Assembly (NCBI GenBank): GCA_024704765.1
Contig: JAKMXF010000166.1
Coordinates: forward strand, 584,743-648,742
Length of the DNA stretch: 64,000 nt
Origin: Oopsacas minuta
Taxonomy: Eukaryota > Animalia > Porifera
Direction of reading: 5' to 3'
Part shown: positions 62,577-64,000 of the stretch, piece after piece
Numbering within the stretch: position 1 is the first letter of the stretch
Layout: each line of letters starts with the position of its first letter
The notes under the pieces: model-generated
Database searches by the model: none
What the model saw: only the letters and a program-made list of their open reading frames with translations
Told to the model about the DNA's origin: nothing
Translations under genes and position numbers: made by a program

Positions 62577-64000
62577 TAATACTATTTTACCTTAATTCCA
62601 GTTTAATCAACGTTTTATCGTTTGTATAGCTAATAAAATAGACCGTCATATGTCATCACTCTGTTAATTCGTAATGAACAAACAATACTTAACAAATATC
62701 TTCCATCAACTCCCGTTATACTGCAGCTCATCCGTTCGCGATAATTATTTCGATATTAGCAGTTCGATATAGCAGACGAAATTTATGTTACTTCGACGTT
62801 TTGGTAGCATATTTGCATAATCTTTGCTAGTATAAAGGTGTTTGATATAACGAGAGTATTGAGTGTACCTGCTTAGAAAAGCAGAAATATATCAAGCTAA
62901 AAATTCAGTTAACAGGATCCTATTAAATACTAGGGTACATATACAATAAATGCAGGAGAGCATTGATAATCCATGTTCTTTTTCACTGATATTTTCTCTA
63001 TTAGAATGAATTGTTGTAAATTTGTCAAACACTATGTAAATAAAGATAATATTTAATTAAGAAATTCCAATCAAATAATTAGTGAATAACTAGCGATAAG
63101 GATGCATGAATGATTGCGATTAAACGATTGGTATAAGTGTAAATTCACATTCATTGTCATCATATAATTCTGGGTTGCCCTGGGATTTTGATCCCATTCT
63201 CACGGCAACCCTGAATTATTATTTGCATGAGGTAGGTTAGCTAGATATACCTCAATTTGTCAGTTGTCCTAACTTTAGCATTTTTCCAAAATGCTAACTC
63301 ATCATTCAACTTTTGAGTCATTCTGCGAATTTGAAGCGCTTAGTGAAGTGCCTCAGTATATCCTGTCGCGTAGCAACGAAAATTACTAATATATTTAGCT
63401 GTTTCATACTAAGCTAAACCTGAGGTACAAAGCTGTGGCCCAGAATCCTAGCAAGTGATGTGGGCTAATAGCATATTTGCTAATTAGTTTCTCTGTCCAT
63501 CAGTTATGGGTATTATATGGCTCTTAGGATATAAGTTTATTCTTAAGTTCACCTCAATATTGTAGTTTATCAGATATATTTTGGCATTATTGAACTGTCT
63601 GTATAGTGTAATTAATGTGTGGCAAAATATTTGTATCAGTTTGTAACGAATTAGTAAAATTTATAGTATTGGATTGCCTTTCGCCATGTAAATTCAAATA
63701 AAATTATAGTCTCTCGTGAACCTAGGGGATATTATGAACATGAACGACCGCTTACCGCCTTAGCCTCTTAGATACTTAATCACTACTGCACCCATCCCAA
63801 ACTTGCACCCCCAAATATATGGCTAGATCCACTCCTGGTTATTTACCACATTGGGAATTTATTATCATTACAGCCCCTGAATTCCAAAAAATTAGGGATA
63901 AATTCCACTTCTCTATTCTTTCGAAATTGCTCAATTCCCGTTTACAACCCTTGATTCTCTTAATTATTGAATTATCCAATCGAATTCCTTTTGAATTGGA

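Overview
AT-rich eukaryotic (animal-type) nuclear DNA. Single-exon housekeeping genes sit among dense DNA-transposon debris. Recognisable genes, each an uninterrupted ORF: MSL1, importin-9, a leprecan-type prolyl 3-hydroxylase, cyclophilin B, a coiled-coil + NHL-repeat protein, SLC25A51 and MUS81. A uridine-cytidine kinase is split by one extra base. There are also a truncated BUD23 5' fragment, a truncated second NHL-family 5' fragment, and an unannotated 97-aa zinc-finger ORF divergent from cyclophilin B. Intergenic space holds hAT elements (several with intact TIRs and 8-bp TSDs), three mariner copies, Chapaev-3-like, PIF/Harbinger, MULE and pogo remnants, Helitron-like repeats, foldback MITEs, and a TTAA/CCC-ended piggyBac-like family carrying 42-bp hairpin arrays. 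An 8.75-kb nested block (52243-60991) is bounded by matching TSDs at two levels. Wholesale intron absence plus RING-less NHL genes suggests a hexactinellid (glass) sponge such as Oopsacas; this is an inference, not a database result. No rRNA, tRNA or CRISPR array was seen. Best leads: the P3H / zinc-finger ORF / PPIB cluster, the nested composite element, and the UCK frameshift.
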